Assembly: GCF_964204645.1 (NCBI RefSeq)
Contig: NC_134030.1
Coordinates: 9,079,222-9,143,221, forward strand
Origin: Tubulanus polymorphus
Lineage: Eukaryota; Animalia; Nemertea
Length of the DNA: 64,000 bases
Reading direction: 5' to 3'
Shown piece by piece: positions 61,101-64,000 of this stretch. Each line of letters starts with the position of its first letter. Positions within the stretch are counted from its first letter, which is position 1. The notes under the pieces were generated by a model, which worked only from the letters and a program-made list of their open reading frames with translations, ran no database searches and had not been told where the DNA came from. Both the position numbers and the translations under genes were made by a program.

Positions 61101-64000
61101 AATAAGTTAGTTTTAGCGGCTGTACTCTCTTTGTTGCAGGGGAATGGATGTTTACATTAGTTTTTCCATCGTTCAATCAACGCTTTCGCTGTTCAGTCTT
61201 TGCCGGATCGAATCTGCGCTTATGAAGTTAACGTTAGTGGTGACAAGAACTAATATAATCCGTCTGCAGTTAATAACTCGGACAACCGCCGCGAAAAAAC
61301 AATGATCGCCTTCCCGCTTACGAGTTCGTTTAAGCGAAAACGGGCCATTACTCATACTTCAGTAACTAAACCTCAACTAAACGCTGGCGTTATTAACGAA
61401 AATATCACCGAGCCCAGTGAAACCGGGCCCAGTTGACCTAGTTAAATCAGTCGACCGATTCGTCGAACAACGATAAATGAAACTGGCTCGGTTCATCAGT
61501 AAACTCAATTTCCATTTGTGATAAGGTGTCGGCTGTAGCCGGCGGGCTCAGTGGGCTTAGTAAATCGGGTTTATTGAAAATGTAGTTTTCCGTGTACGGA
61601 TATAACCAGAAGGTACCGCAGTTCGTTTTCATCAACAGATTCTTTTACCGTCGACTTCTTTTTACCTTCGCCACCATTTTGTTGAGCCGTGCTTTGAAAT
61701 GAAGTATATGCATAGAGGAAGCAGGAGCGGATCAAGAAATTTGAGCAGAGGGGGTCAAGCGCAGCGTTTTCCCAGATTTCAATGAGAAATGCATTCATAA
61801 AAATCTGTACATTTACAGTAATTTCTGACAAACGCCGAAACAGAAATCGATAAAGATTTGAATTGTGGTAAGTTTCATCATTAATATGATTGATATCGCT
61901 ATCAGAACAATTCCGAACACGGAACATTTCGAGACCCCCTGAAATCCCCCGTTCGATCCGCCCCCGAGAAGCCACATTCTCTGGAATATTCTCTCAACTA
62001 TAGCGGGTATATGATGTCGAATTATTTCGGATAAAGTTTCAACGATCGCCGTTTGTTTTATTTTCACGACGCCACTCGTCGACGCGAACACCTTTCCGTT
62101 CTTATAATGTACTTACTTATATACAAGAAACAATATATAATGGAATTAGTGATGATGGAGAAAGAGGCGGCTTTTCATATTGTGTGTTAATTAACTTAGA
62201 AACAAAATACTGGACATGTTATACACACAGCGCCGAACGGATGTACATTTCACGTGACAACGGAATCATTTGCTGTTTAATGAGGCTTGAATCCTGTAAT
62301 TACGGCACATCAGTTGCAACTAATCAATATCATCAACTTCTTACTCCTACATCATGATATTGTCATTAAAGCATATACATATATATCACTGCGTCTGGTT
62401 TAAACCGAAACTCTTTCGGTAGGTTCTTTTAGTAGGAGGACACGAAGTTCATTATAAATCTCATCATTACAATGTTTCAGGAAAGTTTCATTTTCTCTAG
62501 AACGTTGGGACGTTTCTGAACCGACTAATGAAAAAAGTAGCACTGTAAAAAATATTTTGATAAGTCGATAAGTTAACAGACGTGCGTTCTGTTGGCGGCG
62601 TAAATATTTCAATATAAGTGACCCACGCCATAATGAATAATTTGTCCTTTGAGGATATGGATGATTCGAAAAGAAGTTCTAGAAGATCAGAGAAGAATAT
62701 TGCTGCTGGAACAGTGTGGCGTATTAGAACCGCGTTGCGTAGTTTCGGTGTTAAACGATACGCGGTAATAATGCCAGGGGCAAAAATGTCGTAGGTAAAA
62801 ATGCCAGATGGAACATGCAGATAATTCATAGACACATTTTTACCTCTGGTATTTTTACCCATGGTACATTTTCACCTCTGATATTTTATGGCATTATTAC
62901 CAATGGTATTTTTTTACCTTTGACAATATTTACTGGGTTAATAAACACACGAGGTCCTTAACCAATCATTTACTACCGGGACCTCAACCAATCAAGTACC
63001 TCGACTAAAGCTTCTGTTCGAATGTTTCCTTTCATCCATCAAAAACGTTTTAAGAGCTTGAATAAGATTTCCCACTATTATAGCGCTACGGCTTTTTCGA
63101 TTTGAAACGAAATCCCTATTGAATCTGGAATTATCAATACATCCATCCACACGCAGTTGCATTTTTAACATTTATTCGCCATATTTGTACGCAGATACAT
63201 TCAAGTGCACGAACAAAAGAAAAATAAAGGCCTTGGACTGAAATACGGCTAGCGTCGTTAGTGATATTTGGCATATTGCGTTATGTGGTGACGGCTGTCT
63301 GATATAATGCCACTACATTTTTATGTTGCACTGATAAAACGCCGCAACTCCGGTATCCGTTGACGAATCGCCGAGATCGTGAGCTATGTTTTACTTTTTT
63401 GTTGCCAGGTTTTTGTAGTACAAACAATATCATTGCGAGCTACATTCGTTGGTAGCATGGCACGATTTACCGTCGGACCCCCGGGTGCGCGGAGCTACCT
63501 ATTTCGAACCTAATTCCGCGTTGTGATGTATAATCTCGGCGGTATAACGCGATACTCATAATACGATATCGAAATAATGGAAAATTTTTAAAATAACGCG
63601 TTAAAACTTGAAATTTCACGTCAGGCAAAAATACAATGCCGGGAATCTCCGGTGTAGGGAAGACACTAGCCAAATGTTTCATGTCAAAGACGCGCAACAT
63701 GCAGCAAAATCAACGACCACTATAGTCACAAAAAGCAAAATGAATCTAGGATATATATGCTGGCAAAATGATTGTAAAATATGCATATCAATGTGCCCAG
63801 GACGTCCTATAATCGATTTCCTATATCCAACGTAAATGCGGTATTCTGATTACCTTTTTGTCAAAAACAAATAATGTTCAATTCTTGGAAGGAAGATCAG
63901 TTTTAATCGTCCTTTACTGATTCACAGGGAAACGCTTCCCCACGCACGCGCTGTGCTTTACTACGGCATCGACTGTTTGGTTGTTGGTAACTGTGGAATT

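Noticed and set aside
62400-62862. Signal-peptide-like stretch (IKIFFTVLLFSLVGS) as the neuropeptide first exon
   Set aside because: No in-frame ATG and no convincing phase-1 donor.

Overview
AT-rich, intron-containing animal genomic DNA. The neuropeptide and GPCR types point to a lophotrochozoan invertebrate. From left to right: (1) the 5' four coding exons of methionine synthase reductase (MTRR, minus strand, running off the left edge), with two young MITEs upstream; (2) a ~14 kb block (3056-17361) bracketed by ~240 bp direct repeats, holding a possible spliced 39-aa microprotein gene and a 3.4 kb tandem array whose ~240 bp unit looks like intron+exon; (3) a single-exon class A GPCR; (4) an RFX4-type transcription factor gene of 18 coding exons (plus strand, ~25.5-41.8 kb), whose 7.2 kb intron carries three antisense GPCR paralogs and a GPCR relic broken by a Penelope-like fragment with a minimal hammerhead-ribozyme motif; (5) a fifth GPCR tail-to-tail with RFX4; (6) the main exon of an LFRFamide/RYamide-type neuropeptide precursor; (7) mostly non-coding DNA with MITEs, a perfect 130 bp palindrome and a compound microsatellite. 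All gene models were assembled by eye from GT-AG signals and recalled protein similarity; no database searches were run.
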